This document shows, in pieces, positions 30,142 through 41,123 of a stretch of 64,000 nucleotides of DNA (the first letter of the stretch is position 1; each line of letters opens with the position of its first letter). The position numbers were made by a program, and so were the translations under genes. Below the pieces are notes generated by a model, which was not told where the DNA came from, made no database searches, and was given only the letters and a program-made list of their open reading frames with translations. Origin of the DNA: an uncultured Chloroflexia bacterium (GTDB lineage: Bacteria; Chloroflexota; Chloroflexia; Chloroflexales; Herpetosiphonaceae). The stretch spans positions 2,246,547 through 2,310,546 of the forward strand of contig CAVYBW010000001.1 of assembly GCA_963767035.1 (NCBI GenBank), in the 5' to 3' direction.

Positions 30142-33100
30142 CTATTTTTTACCAACGGCTTGCGCATGGGTATGCTTGACCGCCAAAATCGCCTCAAGCT
30201 CGGCTTCTTTGCCCGGCACGCCGTGGCACGCTTTGAACTTCTTGCCGCTATCGCAAGGGCACGGATCATTGCGTCCGATTTTGATCACAATCCGGCGGGC
30301 TGGTGCTGCCTGACCTGCGGCATTGCTGACGCGGCGCGCCGCGCCACCAACACCACGCTTGGCTGGCTTAGGTGCTTCTTCAGTGGCGTTTTCCGAGCCA
30401 CCAGCAGTTTGTGCCATTGCCAAACGCGCTTCCATTTCAAGCTCAACTTGGCGCAAGCGCACTTGCCAGTTGGCAGCATTCATGAAGAAGTTGTAGACAA
30501 TTCGGTTTTGGATGTTGCCTTTGAGTTCATCGAACATCTTGAAGGCTTCGCGCTTGAAAGCGACCAACGGATCTTGTTGGGCAATCGCTACGTTGCCAAT
30601 ACCTTGGCGCAATTCATCAACCGCTGTTAGATAATCAATCCATTCGCGATCGATTGATCCAAGCATTTCTTGGCGCTCGAAGTGAGCAAAGAAAGCTTCT
30701 GGGCCGCTAACGCCAGGAATTGGCTGCACGCCCCGTTGCAACAAGCCAGTATATTGGGTTGCCAGCTCTTGGCCCAAACGATTGTAGGCTTCTTCAACAA
30801 CTTCGGTCGCAATTTCGCCAATTTCATCAGCTTGGCGGCCTTTGAAACGCGCAGCCAATTCGGTTTCTTGAGCTTTGAGTTGTGGCACAATTGCATACAA
30901 CTGGCGCAAGAAACCTTCCATATCAGGCTGATCAAGCTCTTTGTTGTCGAGGAAATCTTCGACATGGGCATCAATTTCGTCAACCACCATCTCAAGGATG
31001 CGGTCGCCCATATCTTCGCCGCCAAGAATCGCATGGCGGTCGGCATAGATGACTTCGCGTTGCTTATTCACCACGTCGTCGTATTCGACCACATGTTTCC
31101 GCACGTCAAAGTTATAGCCTTCGACCCGGGTTTGGGCGCTTTCGATCGCTTTATCGAGCAAGCCCGATTCAAGTGGCAATTCTTCCTCGCCATCGGACAT
31201 GCGCTCCATCAGTCGTTTAATCGTGTCAATTCGTCCGAAGCGGGTCATCAATTCGTCTTCAAGTGAGATGAAGAAGCGCGATGAGCCAGGGTCGCCCTGA
31301 CGGCCAGCCCGACCACGTAACTGATTGTCGATCCGGCGAGCTTCGTGGCGCTCAGTCCCGATGATGTGCAAGCCGCCAGCTTCCATCACAGCCTTGCGTT
31401 CGGCATCGACATCGGCTTTGGCTTTGGCAGTCGCTTCGGCCAATTGCTCAGGCGTAGCTTCGGTGATGGTCGTGCCAAGAGCTTTAAGATGCTCCTCGAC
31501 CAAACCATCGGGATTACCACCAAGCAAAATGTCGGTACCACGACCAGCCATGTTGGTTGCAATCGTGATTGCGCCAATCCGGCCAGCTTGAGCCACAATA
31601 TAGGCTTCACGTTCGTGCTGTTTGGCATTCAACAGATAGTGTTCAAGCGCTGATTGATTCAGCAAGTTGCTGACAATTTCTGAGCTTTCAACTGAGGTTG
31701 TACCGACCAACACTGGGCGACCAAGCTCATGCATCTCTTTGATTTCGCGCAACACGGCGTTGTATTTGGCTTTTTGCGAAGCATAAATATGGTCGCGATA
31801 GTCTTCGCGTACCACTTGACGATTGGTTGGGATAATCACGACTTCCAAATTGTAGATTTTGCTAAATTCTTCAGCTTCGGTGACCGCCGTCCCAGTCATC
31901 CCACCAAGTTTGTTGTACATACGGAAGTAGTTTTGGAAGGTGATTGTTGCCAAAGTGACGTTTTCGCGGCGCACTTCAACCGCTTCTTTGGCTTCAACTG
32001 CTTGGTGCAAGCCATCCGACCACCGTCGGCCAGGCATTGTCCGCCCAGTAAACTCATCGACGATCACGACTTCGCCGTTTTGCACAACATAATCAACATC
32101 ACGATGAAAAACATATTCGGCCTTGAGCGCGTTTTCCAAGTAGTGAGTTAATTCGAAGTTCTTGGCATCGTACATGTTCTCGCCATCGGGCAAGTTGAGG
32201 CGTTTTTCCATTACCTCTAAGCCCGATTCGGTCAAGGTAATCGAGCGCGATTTTTCGTCGATCCAATAATCGCCGTCAAAATCGTCTTTGATGCCTTTGC
32301 GCACTTCATCAGGCGAGATGCTTGAGCGCTTCAGGCCACGCACCAACGATGAAAAGCGGCGATAGTTATCGCTGGATTCTTGGGCTGGGCCTGAGATAAT
32401 CAACGGAGTACGGGCTTCGTCAATCAAAATATTGTCAACTTCGTCAACAATCGCATAATGCAATTCGCGCTGCACACATTGATCTTTATGCTGTACCATG
32501 TTATCGCGCAGATAATCGAAGCCATATTCATTGTTTGTCCCGTAGGTCATATCGGCCATATAGGCTTCGCGGCGTGAGCAAGGCCGCCAGTGCACCAAAC
32601 GGCTATCATCTTGTTTGGCGTTGGGGTCGATATAATTGGGGTCGTAAATCGCTGAATAATCGTGGGCGATGTAGCCAGTGCTCATGCCAAGGCTATGAAA
32701 AATTGGCCCCATCCAACCACCACCAACTTTGGCGAGGTAGTCGTTGACGGTAACCAAGTGTGCGCCACGGCCTGGGATTGCGTTGAGGAACAAGGGCAAG
32801 GAAGCCACCAAGGTCTTGCCTTCACCAGTCTTCATTTCCGCAATTCGGCCTTCGTGCAGCACAATCCCACCGATCATTTGGACATCGTAGTGACGTTGAC
32901 CAATGACCCGACTTGAGGCTTCGCGCACAAGGGCAAAGGCTTCGGGCAACAATTCATCAAGCGCCGAATCTTCAATCACCCGTAATTCTTTTTGATACTC
33001 TTTTTCGACTGTCGAATCGTGGCGATTTTCGTCGGCATAGCTGTCGTCGAGCGCTTCACGATCCGCTTTGGTAAGCTCTGCGAACCGTGTGCGTAATTCA

Positions 33101-33240
33101 GCCGTTTTTTCACGGAGTTGTTCATCGCTAAGAGCCTTGAATGTTGGCTCAAGGGCGTTAATTTCATCTAAGGTTGGCTGCATTTTCTTCACAACCTTAG
33201 CGTTGGGGTCGCCCATTAGTTTCCCAAGCCATTTAAACAT
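30142..33240 (-). CDS. secA: Preprotein translocase ATPase SecA.
   Basis: [22 protein letters not shown] start with GAGG RBS. DEAD-motor motifs. C-terminal Zn finger [14 protein letters not shown]. Confidence 0.95.
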   Translation of the reverse strand: MFKWLGKLMGDPNAKVVKKMQPTLDEINALEPTFKALSDEQLREKTAELRTRFAELTKADREALDDSYADENRHDSTVEKEYQKELRVIEDSALDELLPEAFALVREASSRVIGQRHYDVQMIGGIVLHEGRIAEMKTGEGKTLVASLPLFLNAIPGRGAHLVTVNDYLAKVGGGWMGPIFHSLGMSTGYIAHDYSAIYDPNYIDPNAKQDDSRLVHWRPCSRREAYMADMTYGTNNEYGFDYLRDNMVQHKDQCVQRELHYAIVDEVDNILIDEARTPLIISGPAQESSDNYRRFSSLVRGLKRSSISPDEVRKGIKDDFDGDYWIDEKSRSITLTESGLEVMEKRLNLPDGENMYDAKNFELTHYLENALKAEYVFHRDVDYVVQNGEVVIVDEFTGRTMPGRRWSDGLHQAVEAKEAVEVRRENVTLATITFQNYFRMYNKLGGMTGTAVTEAEEFSKIYNLEVVIIPTNRQVVREDYRDHIYASQKAKYNAVLREIKEMHELGRPVLVGTTSVESSEIVSNLLNQSALEHYLLNAKQHEREAYIVAQAGRIGAITIATNMAGRGTDILLGGNPDGLVEEHLKALGTTITEATPEQLAEATAKAKADVDAERKAVMEAGGLHIIGTERHEARRIDNQLRGRAGRQGDPGSSRFFISLEDELMTRFGRIDTIKRLMERMSDGEEELPLESGLLDKAIESAQTRVEGYNFDVRKHVVEYDDVVNKQREVIYADRHAILGGEDMGDRILEMVVDEIDAHVEDFLDNKELDQPDMEGFLRQLYAIVPQLKAQETELAARFKGRQADEIGEIATEVVEEAYNRLGQELATQYTGLLQRGVQPIPGVSGPEAFFAHFERQEMLGSIDREWIDYLTAVDELRQGIGNVAIAQQDPLVAFKREAFKMFDELKGNIQNRIVYNFFMNAANWQVRLRQVELEMEARLAMAQTAGGSENATEEAPKPAKRGVGGAARRVSNAAGQAAPARRIVIKIGRNDPCPCDSGKKFKACHGVPGKEAELEAILAVKHTHAQAVGKK

Positions 33241-33343
33241 GTGGTACCTCGTGGTGTCTGAATATCGGCAGCACGGCTGCATCGCTAGATTATACCACGC
33301 AGCTTTGGCGCTTTGAATGGCTTAAAAGCTGCTTAACAAAATG

Positions 33344-33919
33344 TTAACGCACTGCCAATAATCGTGGATTTTCACGGTTAAGCAACTGTTGAAACTTGCC
33401 AATGAAGCGGCCCAGCTGTGGATCGCTACGCTCCAACGGCAGTTGATCGAGCGCAAACCAGCGAATTTGGCTAAATTCTGCGTGATCATAGGCCAATGGC
33501 TGCTGCGAATCGGCTTGCACTACATACCACAACGAAACATCAACATGGCCTGCCGTTAGCCCGACCGTTTCCGTTACCGTGATAAAGCATGGCTCTGGCC
33601 AATAAAACTGTACGTGAATGCCTAGTTCTTCGTGAATCTCGCGGGTCACGGTGATCGCTGGGTGTTCATCTGGCTCAACATGTCCACCACACGGCAACCA
33701 CAACTGCGCATTGCGATGATCAACCAATAGAATCTGGGCGGTCGCAGGATCATAGACCACAATGTATGAAACCAAATGCATCGGGGGTGTGGCAGGCTTG
33801 GCAGTACGAAACAACGGCGCATCGCTATCGATCCAAGTCAACGTTTCGTTACAATCGGCCTGCTCGCGTAAATCCAAGGGAGCGATCTGAGTAACCAAAC
33901 TACGTATAGTTGAACGCAT
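33344..33919 (-). CDS. NUDIX hydrolase.
   Basis: Nudix box GGHVEPDEHPAITVTREIHEELGI. ATG at 33919 with GGAGGA RBS. Confidence 0.75.
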   Translation of the reverse strand: MRSTIRSLVTQIAPLDLREQADCNETLTWIDSDAPLFRTAKPATPPMHLVSYIVVYDPATAQILLVDHRNAQLWLPCGGHVEPDEHPAITVTREIHEELGIHVQFYWPEPCFITVTETVGLTAGHVDVSLWYVVQADSQQPLAYDHAEFSQIRWFALDQLPLERSDPQLGRFIGKFQQLLNRENPRLLAVR

Positions 33920-33950
33920 AATTCCTCCAACAATCAATTCTCAAGTTGAT

Positions 33951-34240
33951 CCACGAAGGGTACGAAGGGCACGAAGGCTGGCGATGGGCTATAGGCAGAA
34001 GGCTATTGGGAATATGGTTGAGCCACGCATTCCACGAATTATGGTTCTATTCCCAAAACTTGAAAATTTATACCTCTGCACCTTTGCGTTGAAGGTTTGA
34101 TCCACGAATTATGTTGATTATGTTCCAATAGCCGATAGCCTTCAGCCAAAAGCCCTCTGTTCTATGTTCTATTTTACCTTCTGATTTTGCCTTCTGACTT
34201 TAATCTTCATCCCACATAATTCATCCTTCATACTTTCAAG
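33951..34240. repeat. Mosaic intergenic repeat (modules B, C, D and A).
   Basis: gatccacgaagggtacgaagggcacgaagg; ccaatagccgatagccttcagccaaaagcc; ttctgattttgccttctgac; cttcatcccacataattcatccttcat. Confidence 0.8.
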
Positions 34241-34815
34241 GCTTCGATGCTACCAACCAAGAGCGGTACACTATCATTAATAAAGCTTTCGAGGTTTTGG
34301 CAGCGGTCGCTATAGAGCCAACGGGCCGCCAAGGCAAACACCGACCAACTCAGTATGGTAGCCAACAACTGGCGTTGCATCGCTGGCACGCTGCGCAACG
34401 GCAAATAATGATCAAGCCATGTTTGAATGTGTTGCTCAAGCATGCGTTTGATCTGGGTTTCAGCCAACGAATCGAAGAAACGATGATATTGATTGCACTG
34501 GCCATGGATCATCGTCCAATGATCAGCAATCGCCCATAGCAAGGCTTGCATATAGCGCGTCGGCGTGTCGGGATAATGCTGCATGCGACGATCGAGAAAC
34601 ATCATAAAGCCATCGCGAATCAGTTCATCAACCAAGGCATATTTATCGCTGAAATGGGCATAAAAGGTTGCCCGATTGATTGTTGCAGCCTCGGCAATCT
34701 CATTAACCGTCACTTCCTCGAAGGTACGGGTACGCAACAATTGAATTAAGGCATCGAGAATTAATTTACGAGTGCGCTTGGTGCGCGGGTCAATTTTTAC
34801 AGCGTTTCCCAACAT
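34228..34815 (-). CDS. TetR-family transcriptional regulator.
   Basis: N-terminal HTH FEEVTVNEIAEAATINRATFYAHFSDK. Confidence 0.85.
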   Translation of the reverse strand: MLGNAVKIDPRTKRTRKLILDALIQLLRTRTFEEVTVNEIAEAATINRATFYAHFSDKYALVDELIRDGFMMFLDRRMQHYPDTPTRYMQALLWAIADHWTMIHGQCNQYHRFFDSLAETQIKRMLEQHIQTWLDHYLPLRSVPAMQRQLLATILSWSVFALAARWLYSDRCQNLESFINDSVPLLVGSIEALKV

Positions 34816-34958
34816 TTTGGCTCCTTTGTTGCCTAAGCAACAAATTTTCGTTTTTGCTGGTTGACACTATAGCACGGGTTCTCTATGCTATTCAACAGAT
34901 GTCAAATAAACAACGAGTGTTGTTTAGATTTCAAATTCATCTAGTGAGGTTTTCAATC

Positions 34959-35843
34959 ATGGCTCATACTCAAGGGTTGGTCGCGATCACCGGTGCAGCA
35001 GGTCAATTAGGTCGCTTAGTATTGCAACAAGTGCTCGAAAAAGTTGGCGCGAATCAAGTTGTCGCCATCACCCGCGATCCTGCCAAATTAGCCGATGTCG
35101 CTGCTCAAGGCGTTAAAGTCGTCGCTGGCGATTTCAGCGATCCGGCCAGCTTGACCGCTGGCTTGGCAGGCGTTGAACGGGTTTTGCTGATCAGCATCGA
35201 TGTTGTTGGCAGTGAACGAGTACGTTTGCAAAATAATGCGGTCGATGCGATCGCCGCTGCTGGCGTGAAGCACATCGTTTATACCTCGGCAATCAATCCT
35301 GCTGAAGCACCAATGGAGTTTATTCGCGAACACGCTGCGACTGAAGAAGCGATCAAAGCCAGCGGCTTGAGTTATAGTTTCTTGCGCAACAACTTCTATT
35401 TTGAAACGATCACCGATAAAGTTAAGGGAGCTTTGGCTGGTGGCGTAATTGCTGCCGCTGCTGGCGATGCTGCTGCTGGCTTGGTTGCCCGCGCCGATTG
35501 TGCCGCCGCCGCCGCTGCTGCCTTGGTCAGCGATAGCACCGCCTCAGAAGTTTACAATATCACTGGCCCCGTGAGCTTGACCCACAAAGCAATTGCTGAA
35601 ACCGTGGCCGAATTTGCAGGCCGCGACGTGGTCTATCAGCCCATCGATGCCGCCAGCGCCCAACAACAACTTGAGCAATATGGCCTGCCCGCGCCAGTGG
35701 CCGGCTTTGTCGTTGCGATCGATCACGATTTGATTGGTTCTGGGGCCTTGGATCTTGTGACCAATGATGTTGAGCGCTTGACTGGCAAGCCAGCTCAATC
35801 ATTGGCCGACTATCTCAAGGCTAATCGCGGTTTGTTTAGCTAG
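34959..35843 (+). CDS. NmrA-like / atypical SDR NAD(P)H-binding oxidoreductase.
   Basis: MAHTQGLVAITGAAGQLGRLV Rossmann motif. Divergent from the TetR gene. RBS GTGAGG. Confidence 0.75.
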   Translation: MAHTQGLVAITGAAGQLGRLVLQQVLEKVGANQVVAITRDPAKLADVAAQGVKVVAGDFSDPASLTAGLAGVERVLLISIDVVGSERVRLQNNAVDAIAAAGVKHIVYTSAINPAEAPMEFIREHAATEEAIKASGLSYSFLRNNFYFETITDKVKGALAGGVIAAAAGDAAAGLVARADCAAAAAAALVSDSTASEVYNITGPVSLTHKAIAETVAEFAGRDVVYQPIDAASAQQQLEQYGLPAPVAGFVVAIDHDLIGSGALDLVTNDVERLTGKPAQSLADYLKANRGLFS

Positions 35844-35850
35844 GATTCCC

Positions 35851-36048
35851 TCACCCCCAACCCCTCGCCCAGGCTATGGGCGAGGGGCTTTTTCGTTCCG
35901 TGGTATTGCCATGCACCATGTACGCCACAGGTGCTCCCCCTCGCCCGCGTTCAGTGGGAGAGGGGGCTGGGGGGGTGAGGGAATCTCTGGAAACTCCCCC
36001 TCGCCCGCGTCCAGTGGGAGCGGGGGCTGGGGGGTGAGGGAACCACAC
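35851..36048. repeat. Three tandem GC-rich palindromic REP-like elements.
   Basis: ccctcacccccaacccctcgccc-loop-gggcgagggg units, each a long hairpin. They lie between convergent NmrA and rhodanese gene ends. Confidence 0.8.
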
Positions 36049-36956
36049 TATTTGCTGGTAGTTGGGTTATGAATTGGCAAGCCAACCACATTGCCCCATT
36101 CAGTCCATGAGCCGTCGTAATTGCGCACATTTTTATAGCCCAGCAGCTCGTGCAGCACAAACCACGTCAACGATGAGCGCTCACCAATCCGGCAATAAAC
36201 TACGGTATCACTTTCGGGAGTTACCCCAACGTCGCCATACAATTGGCTAATTTCGTCGGCACTCTTGAATGTGCCATCTTCATTGACCGCTTTGGCCCAA
36301 GGCACATTGACTGCGCCTGGAATATGGCCGCCACGCACCGCGCCTTCTTGAGGATATTCGGGCATATGCAGTTTCTTGCCAGTAAATTCATCGGGCGAGC
36401 GCACATCGACCAAACTATGGCCTACGGGCAATTCAATTGCGCTTTGGCGTGGATTTGGCCGCCCAATGTGGGCCAAGACATCATCGCGGAAGGCGCGAAT
36501 CTCGGGCTTTGGCTCGCCGACAACATAGCTGGTTGACTCGAAGTTTGGCACAGTGCGGGTCAATTCACGGCCTTCGTCGATCCATTTTTTGCGCCCGCCG
36601 TTCATAATTTTGAGCTTTTCGTGGCCAAGCAATTGGAAAACCCAATAGGCATAGCAAGCCCACCAATTATTTTTATCGCCATAAAACACAATTGTCGTGT
36701 CGTTACTAATCCCAAAGCGGCTCAGCAAGGCGGCAAAAGCATCGCCATCAATGTAATCGCGAATCCGCACATCATTCAAATCATCTTGCCAATTGATTTT
36801 GACGGCGTTGGCAATATGCCCCATCTCATACAGCAAAATATCTTCATCCGACTCAACCAAACGCACATTGGCATCGTTTAAATGTTCAGCCACCCACTCG
36901 GTACTCACCAAGACATCAGGATTCACATAATCGCTCATAGGTTGCTCCTTTATCAA
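36048..36956 (-). CDS. sseA: Two-domain rhodanese (thiosulfate/3-mercaptopyruvate sulfurtransferase).
   Basis: Tandem rhodanese domains with the catalytic loop CRIGERSS. Confidence 0.85.
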   Translation of the reverse strand: MIKEQPMSDYVNPDVLVSTEWVAEHLNDANVRLVESDEDILLYEMGHIANAVKINWQDDLNDVRIRDYIDGDAFAALLSRFGISNDTTIVFYGDKNNWWACYAYWVFQLLGHEKLKIMNGGRKKWIDEGRELTRTVPNFESTSYVVGEPKPEIRAFRDDVLAHIGRPNPRQSAIELPVGHSLVDVRSPDEFTGKKLHMPEYPQEGAVRGGHIPGAVNVPWAKAVNEDGTFKSADEISQLYGDVGVTPESDTVVYCRIGERSSLTWFVLHELLGYKNVRNYDGSWTEWGNVVGLPIHNPTTSK

Positions 36957-36965
36957 TAAAAATAA

Positions 36966-37277
36966 TTAAGCCTCAAGCAAAATCTGATCGCCTTCAATTT
37001 TGAGGCTATAGACCTTCAATGGTTCGGTCGCTGGCAACGAGCGTGGACGACCACTGGCTAAATCAAAGCGCGCACCATGCAACGGGCATTCGATAATGCA
37101 ATCGTCAACATCCAACTCGCCCTCGTGTAATTCGGCATAGGCATGGGTGCAAATGTTGCTGGTAGCAAAATATTGCGTCCCACAGCGAAAAATCCCCACT
37201 TGCTCACCAGCAAAATCCACCTGAATCGCCGGAGTTTCAGCCAAATCTTGCAGCGTCGCAACAACGTGAAAGCTCAT
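36966..37277 (-). CDS. Rieske [2Fe-2S] ferredoxin-like protein.
   Basis: CTH...CPLHG (CXH-X16-CXXH Rieske ligands). 103 aa. Confidence 0.85.
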   Translation of the reverse strand: MSFHVVATLQDLAETPAIQVDFAGEQVGIFRCGTQYFATSNICTHAYAELHEGELDVDDCIIECPLHGARFDLASGRPRSLPATEPLKVYSLKIEGDQILLEA

Positions 37278-37375
37278 GGTTATTCCTTAATTTCTTAACC
37301 AAATTGATTAACAATGACCGAGCCAAGAAAACGCCGAGGACGCAAAATTTGCGCCTCGGCGTTGGTAGGCCAACA

Positions 37376-38794
37376 CTAACCGACCGAACCTTCCATTTCC
37401 ATTTGGATCAAGCGGTTCAATTCGACAGCATATTCCATGGGCAATTCGCGGGTGAATGGCTCCATAAAGCCCAGCACAATCATCGAAAGTGCTTCGGCTT
37501 CGTCGAGACCACGGCTCATCAGATAGAACAATTGCTCTTCGCCGATTTTGCCGACGGTCGCTTCGTGAGCCACGGTCGCTGAATCTTCCTCGATCTCGAT
37601 GTAGGGAATCGTGTCCGAGGCTGAGCGACTGTCGAGAATTAAGGCATCACACACCACATTGACTTTGGCGTTATGTGCGCCGCGCATAACCTTGGCCAAA
37701 CCGCGATAGGTGGTACGACCACCATTCTTGGAGACCGATTTGTTGGTGATGCGGCTGGTGGTATCGGGAGCGCCATGGACCATCTTGGCACCAGCATCTT
37801 GATGTTGGCCTTCGCCAGCATAAGCAACTGAGAGCACCTCGCCTTTTGCGCCGCGACCCATCATATAAACCGCAGGATACTTCATGGTCAACTTCGAGCC
37901 AATGTTGCCATCGACCCATTCCATTGAAGCATCTTCGTAGGCAACAGCTCGTTTGGTCACCAAATTGAAAATGTTGTTAGCCCAGTTTTGAATCGTAGTA
38001 TAGCGGCACTTACCACCTTTTTTGATGATAATTTCAACCACTGCTGAGTGCAGCGAGTTGGTGCTATAAACTGGAGCAGTACAACCTTCGATATAGTGAA
38101 CTTCAGCGCCTTCGTCAACGATAATCAAAGTACGTTCGAACTGGCCCATGTTTTCAGCGTTGATGCGGAAATAGGCTTGCAATGGAATATCGACCTTGAC
38201 ACCCTTAGGCACATACACGAACGAGCCACCCGACCAAACCGCCGTGTTCAACGCAGCAAATTTGTTATCGGCTGAAGGGATAATCGTGCCAAAATATTCC
38301 TTGAACAACTCAGGATACTCTTTCAAGCCTGTGTCGGTATCAAGGAAGATCACGCCCAATTTTTCCCATTCTTCGCGCAGCGAGTGGTAGACCACTTCTG
38401 ATTCGTATTGAGCGCCAACGCCAGCCAAGAACTTGCGTTCAGCTTCAGGAATACCCAATTTTTCAAAGGTATTCTTGATACTTTCTGGTACATCGTCCCA
38501 GTTATTTTCGGTTTTTTCGCCAGGCCGCACATAATAGTGAATATCTTGGAAATCCAACTCAGCTAAGCGCGGGTTGGCCCATACACCACTCACTGGCAAT
38601 GGTTTTTTATGGAAAATTTCCAGCGCCTTCAAGCGGCGTTGCAACATCCATTCAGGCTCGCCCTTCATTGCTGAGATCGTGCGCACAATTTCGGCATTCA
38701 AACCTTTTGAAGATTTGAATGTATAGTTCTCTTCGTCGCGAAAGCCGTACTTCGAGTAATCAAACTCGATTTCGTTTTGTGCAGGGTTGGACAT
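37376..38794 (-). CDS. sufB: Fe-S cluster assembly protein SufB.
   Basis: 472 aa with the conserved SufB core, including the C-terminal [22 protein letters not shown] region. Confidence 0.95.
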   Translation of the reverse strand: MSNPAQNEIEFDYSKYGFRDEENYTFKSSKGLNAEIVRTISAMKGEPEWMLQRRLKALEIFHKKPLPVSGVWANPRLAELDFQDIHYYVRPGEKTENNWDDVPESIKNTFEKLGIPEAERKFLAGVGAQYESEVVYHSLREEWEKLGVIFLDTDTGLKEYPELFKEYFGTIIPSADNKFAALNTAVWSGGSFVYVPKGVKVDIPLQAYFRINAENMGQFERTLIIVDEGAEVHYIEGCTAPVYSTNSLHSAVVEIIIKKGGKCRYTTIQNWANNIFNLVTKRAVAYEDASMEWVDGNIGSKLTMKYPAVYMMGRGAKGEVLSVAYAGEGQHQDAGAKMVHGAPDTTSRITNKSVSKNGGRTTYRGLAKVMRGAHNAKVNVVCDALILDSRSASDTIPYIEIEEDSATVAHEATVGKIGEEQLFYLMSRGLDEAEALSMIVLGFMEPFTRELPMEYAVELNRLIQMEMEGSVG

Positions 38795-39028
38795 GCCCTG
38801 TGCCTCCTATAGTGTGATCACGAATAAGTGATGAGATTACTTGATTCAGAATCGGATAATTCTGTTTCTAAATGATGCCATTCGTTGGCTGAAAATTCGG
38901 CTCGTGCCTTGGCAATTGATTGTTGATAATGCTGCTCACGCAATCGTTTTCCCAGAGTCCGAATGCTACTCCAGCATATTCAACTAATCGGATTATGTCG
39001 ATTAGTGCTGGACGTTGAGCAACCTCAA

Positions 39029-39424
39029 TCAAAGGCTATCCTCATCGTCGTCAACGAGATTGACCCCGTAGAGCCCAGCTTTGAGCGTTTTGAGCGAGAG
39101 CAAAGCACACTTGAGCCGCACTGGCCCAATCGGAATCCCCAATAAATCGAGGATGGTTTGTTTATCAAAGGCTTTGGCTTCATCAACGCTTTTGCCAGTC
39201 AGTTCTTCGCTGAGCATCGAGGCTGAAGCTTGGCTGATTGCACAGCCTTTGCCTTTGAATTTTACATCAACAATCCGCTCGTTCTCGACCAGCAAATAAA
39301 TGCTGAGTTGATCGCCGCACAACGGGTTGTGCTCGTGTTGCACAATCGTTGGCTGCTCAAGCTCGCCGTAATTTCGCGGATGGCGATAGTGATCTAATAT
39401 ATTTTCACGATATAAATCGTCCAC
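39029..39424 (-). CDS. sufU: SufU (IscU-like Zn-dependent sulfur acceptor).
   Basis: NPLCGD...GKGCAISQASASMLSEELTGKSVDEA, with three Cys and an Asp ligand. Confidence 0.9.
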   Translation of the reverse strand: MDDLYRENILDHYRHPRNYGELEQPTIVQHEHNPLCGDQLSIYLLVENERIVDVKFKGKGCAISQASASMLSEELTGKSVDEAKAFDKQTILDLLGIPIGPVRLKCALLSLKTLKAGLYGVNLVDDDEDSL

Positions 39425-39430
39425 AATGCC

Positions 39431-40669
39431 TCACAGTTGGAAGGTATCGCGAGCCAGAACCAAGGCTTCGGCCAAACGATCAATTTCTTCCTCAAGCGTG
39501 TATAGGTAGAATGATGCGCGTACCGTCGCTGGTACGCCCAGAATATCGTGCAATGGATGGGTACAATGATGCCCAGCCCGCACCGCAATGCCTTGCGTAT
39601 CGAGAATTGCCGCCACATCGTGGGCATGCACGCCAGCCAAGGTGAAACTCAACAAGCCACCACGCTCGGCAGCAGGTGGACCAAAAATGGTCAACCCATC
39701 GATGGCGCTGAGTTTATCCCATGCATAATCAGTCAATTGGCGTTCGCGCTCGTGAATCGCATCCATCCCAAGCCCATTCAGGAAGTCAATCGCCGCGCCA
39801 AGGCCAATCGCCTCGGCAATTGCTGGCGTGCCTGCCTCAAATTTCCATGGGAGATCGTTCCATGAGCTTTCGCGTAGCCCGACCCGTTTGATCATATCGC
39901 CGCCACCCATAAACGGTGGCATGGCTTCAAGCAATTCGCGCCGCGCCCACAGCGCACCAATGCCTGTTGGGCCGCACATTTTATGCCCCGAGAAGGCCAA
40001 GAAATCGCAACCAAGCGCTTGAACATTGACCGGAATATGCGGCACGCTTTGCGCCCCATCCAGCAGCACCAAAGCGCCGACCTGTTTGGCAGCAGCAATC
40101 ACCTGTTCAACCGGATTGATCGTACCCAACACATTCGACATATGGGTGATAGCAACCAGTTTGGTGCGTTCGGTCACAAGTTGATCAAGTTTGGTTAGAT
40201 CAAGCCGACCTTGGGCATCAAGTTCAATAAAATCAAGCTCTACGCCGATTTGGGCTGCCAGCATTTGCCATGGCACCAGATTCGAATGATGTTCGCTGAC
40301 TGTTAGCAAAATCCGATCACCCGCCTGTAGATTGGCGCGGCCCCAACTGTGGGCAACCAAGTTGATTGCTTCAGTGGCGTTGCGGGTAAAAATAATTTCT
40401 TTGGTCGATTTCGCGCCGATAAAACGGCCAATTGTGCGGCGCGTGCCTTCATAGGCTTCGGTCGCTGCTTCACTAATCTGATACACACCTCGATGGACAT
40501 TCGCATTAATCGTTCGATAGTAGCGATCCATGGCATCGAGCACCGCCAGCGGCTTTTGGGCAGTCGCAGTGCTATCCAAATATGCCAAACGATGGCCGTT
40601 AATCGATTGATCCAAGAGCGGAAATTGCTCGCGAATGGCGTTGATATCAAGGGTTGTTTGTACAGACAT
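39431..40669 (-). CDS. sufS: Cysteine desulfurase SufS.
   Basis: Class II aminotransferase V fold with PLP-Lys SGHK and active-site Cys RAGHHCTHPL. Confidence 0.95.
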   Translation of the reverse strand: MSVQTTLDINAIREQFPLLDQSINGHRLAYLDSTATAQKPLAVLDAMDRYYRTINANVHRGVYQISEAATEAYEGTRRTIGRFIGAKSTKEIIFTRNATEAINLVAHSWGRANLQAGDRILLTVSEHHSNLVPWQMLAAQIGVELDFIELDAQGRLDLTKLDQLVTERTKLVAITHMSNVLGTINPVEQVIAAAKQVGALVLLDGAQSVPHIPVNVQALGCDFLAFSGHKMCGPTGIGALWARRELLEAMPPFMGGGDMIKRVGLRESSWNDLPWKFEAGTPAIAEAIGLGAAIDFLNGLGMDAIHERERQLTDYAWDKLSAIDGLTIFGPPAAERGGLLSFTLAGVHAHDVAAILDTQGIAVRAGHHCTHPLHDILGVPATVRASFYLYTLEEEIDRLAEALVLARDTFQL

Positions 40670-40680
40670 AACTCACCAAT

Positions 40681-41120
40681 ATCCGATCCACGAAGGACAC
40701 AAAGAGCACGAAGAATTACTATTTGATCCACGAAGGACACAAAGAGCACGAATGGTTGGCTCTTGCGATCTGTAAAATTCATAGGCAATTAACATGGTGA
40801 TTGTGAATTTAACGAACTAAGCGTTTCCATTCCAACTTGCCAAGACTGCCGAACTTAATCAATAGCCCAACCCGAAGTTGCACCAACTCCAATGCAAGGG
40901 CTTCTTGATAAACAGCCTCTAAGAACCCACTACCCAACTCGCGATGAACCTCAATTGCAGCCCCTACAATCGCGAACACTTCATCTGCCAAAAGAATCGT
41001 TGCCATCCACGCCTCCCAAAAATAGTTAGTTGGTTCCAAATTACTAGATACACAAACCAACTATTTTTGGGATGACACAAAAAACATGCTTCGTGTCCTT
41101 CGTGCTCTTCGTGAATCAAA
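40681..41120. mobile_element. Putative MITE-like insertion carrying a GxxExxY ORF, bounded by inverted module-B repeats.
   Basis: The left end has 2x gatccacgaaggacacaaagagcacgaa (40685-40752). The right end, 41091-41118, is the reverse complement built from the same words (ttcgtgtccttcgtgctcttcgtgaatc). It sits in the 454-bp sufS-sufD spacer. Confidence 0.4.
40809..41060 (-). CDS. GxxExxY-family protein, short form (N-terminal part only).
   Basis: GFLEAVY matches the G-x-x-E-x-x-Y signature. 83 aa, shorter than typical family members. Confidence 0.5.
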   Translation of the reverse strand: MVCVSSNLEPTNYFWEAWMATILLADEVFAIVGAAIEVHRELGSGFLEAVYQEALALELVQLRVGLLIKFGSLGKLEWKRLVR

Positions 41121-41123
41121 TCG

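Noticed and set aside
35851-36160. ORFs 35851-36048 and 35951-36160 with PSP/RG-rich peptides.
   Set aside because: They are translations of the REP-like palindromic elements.
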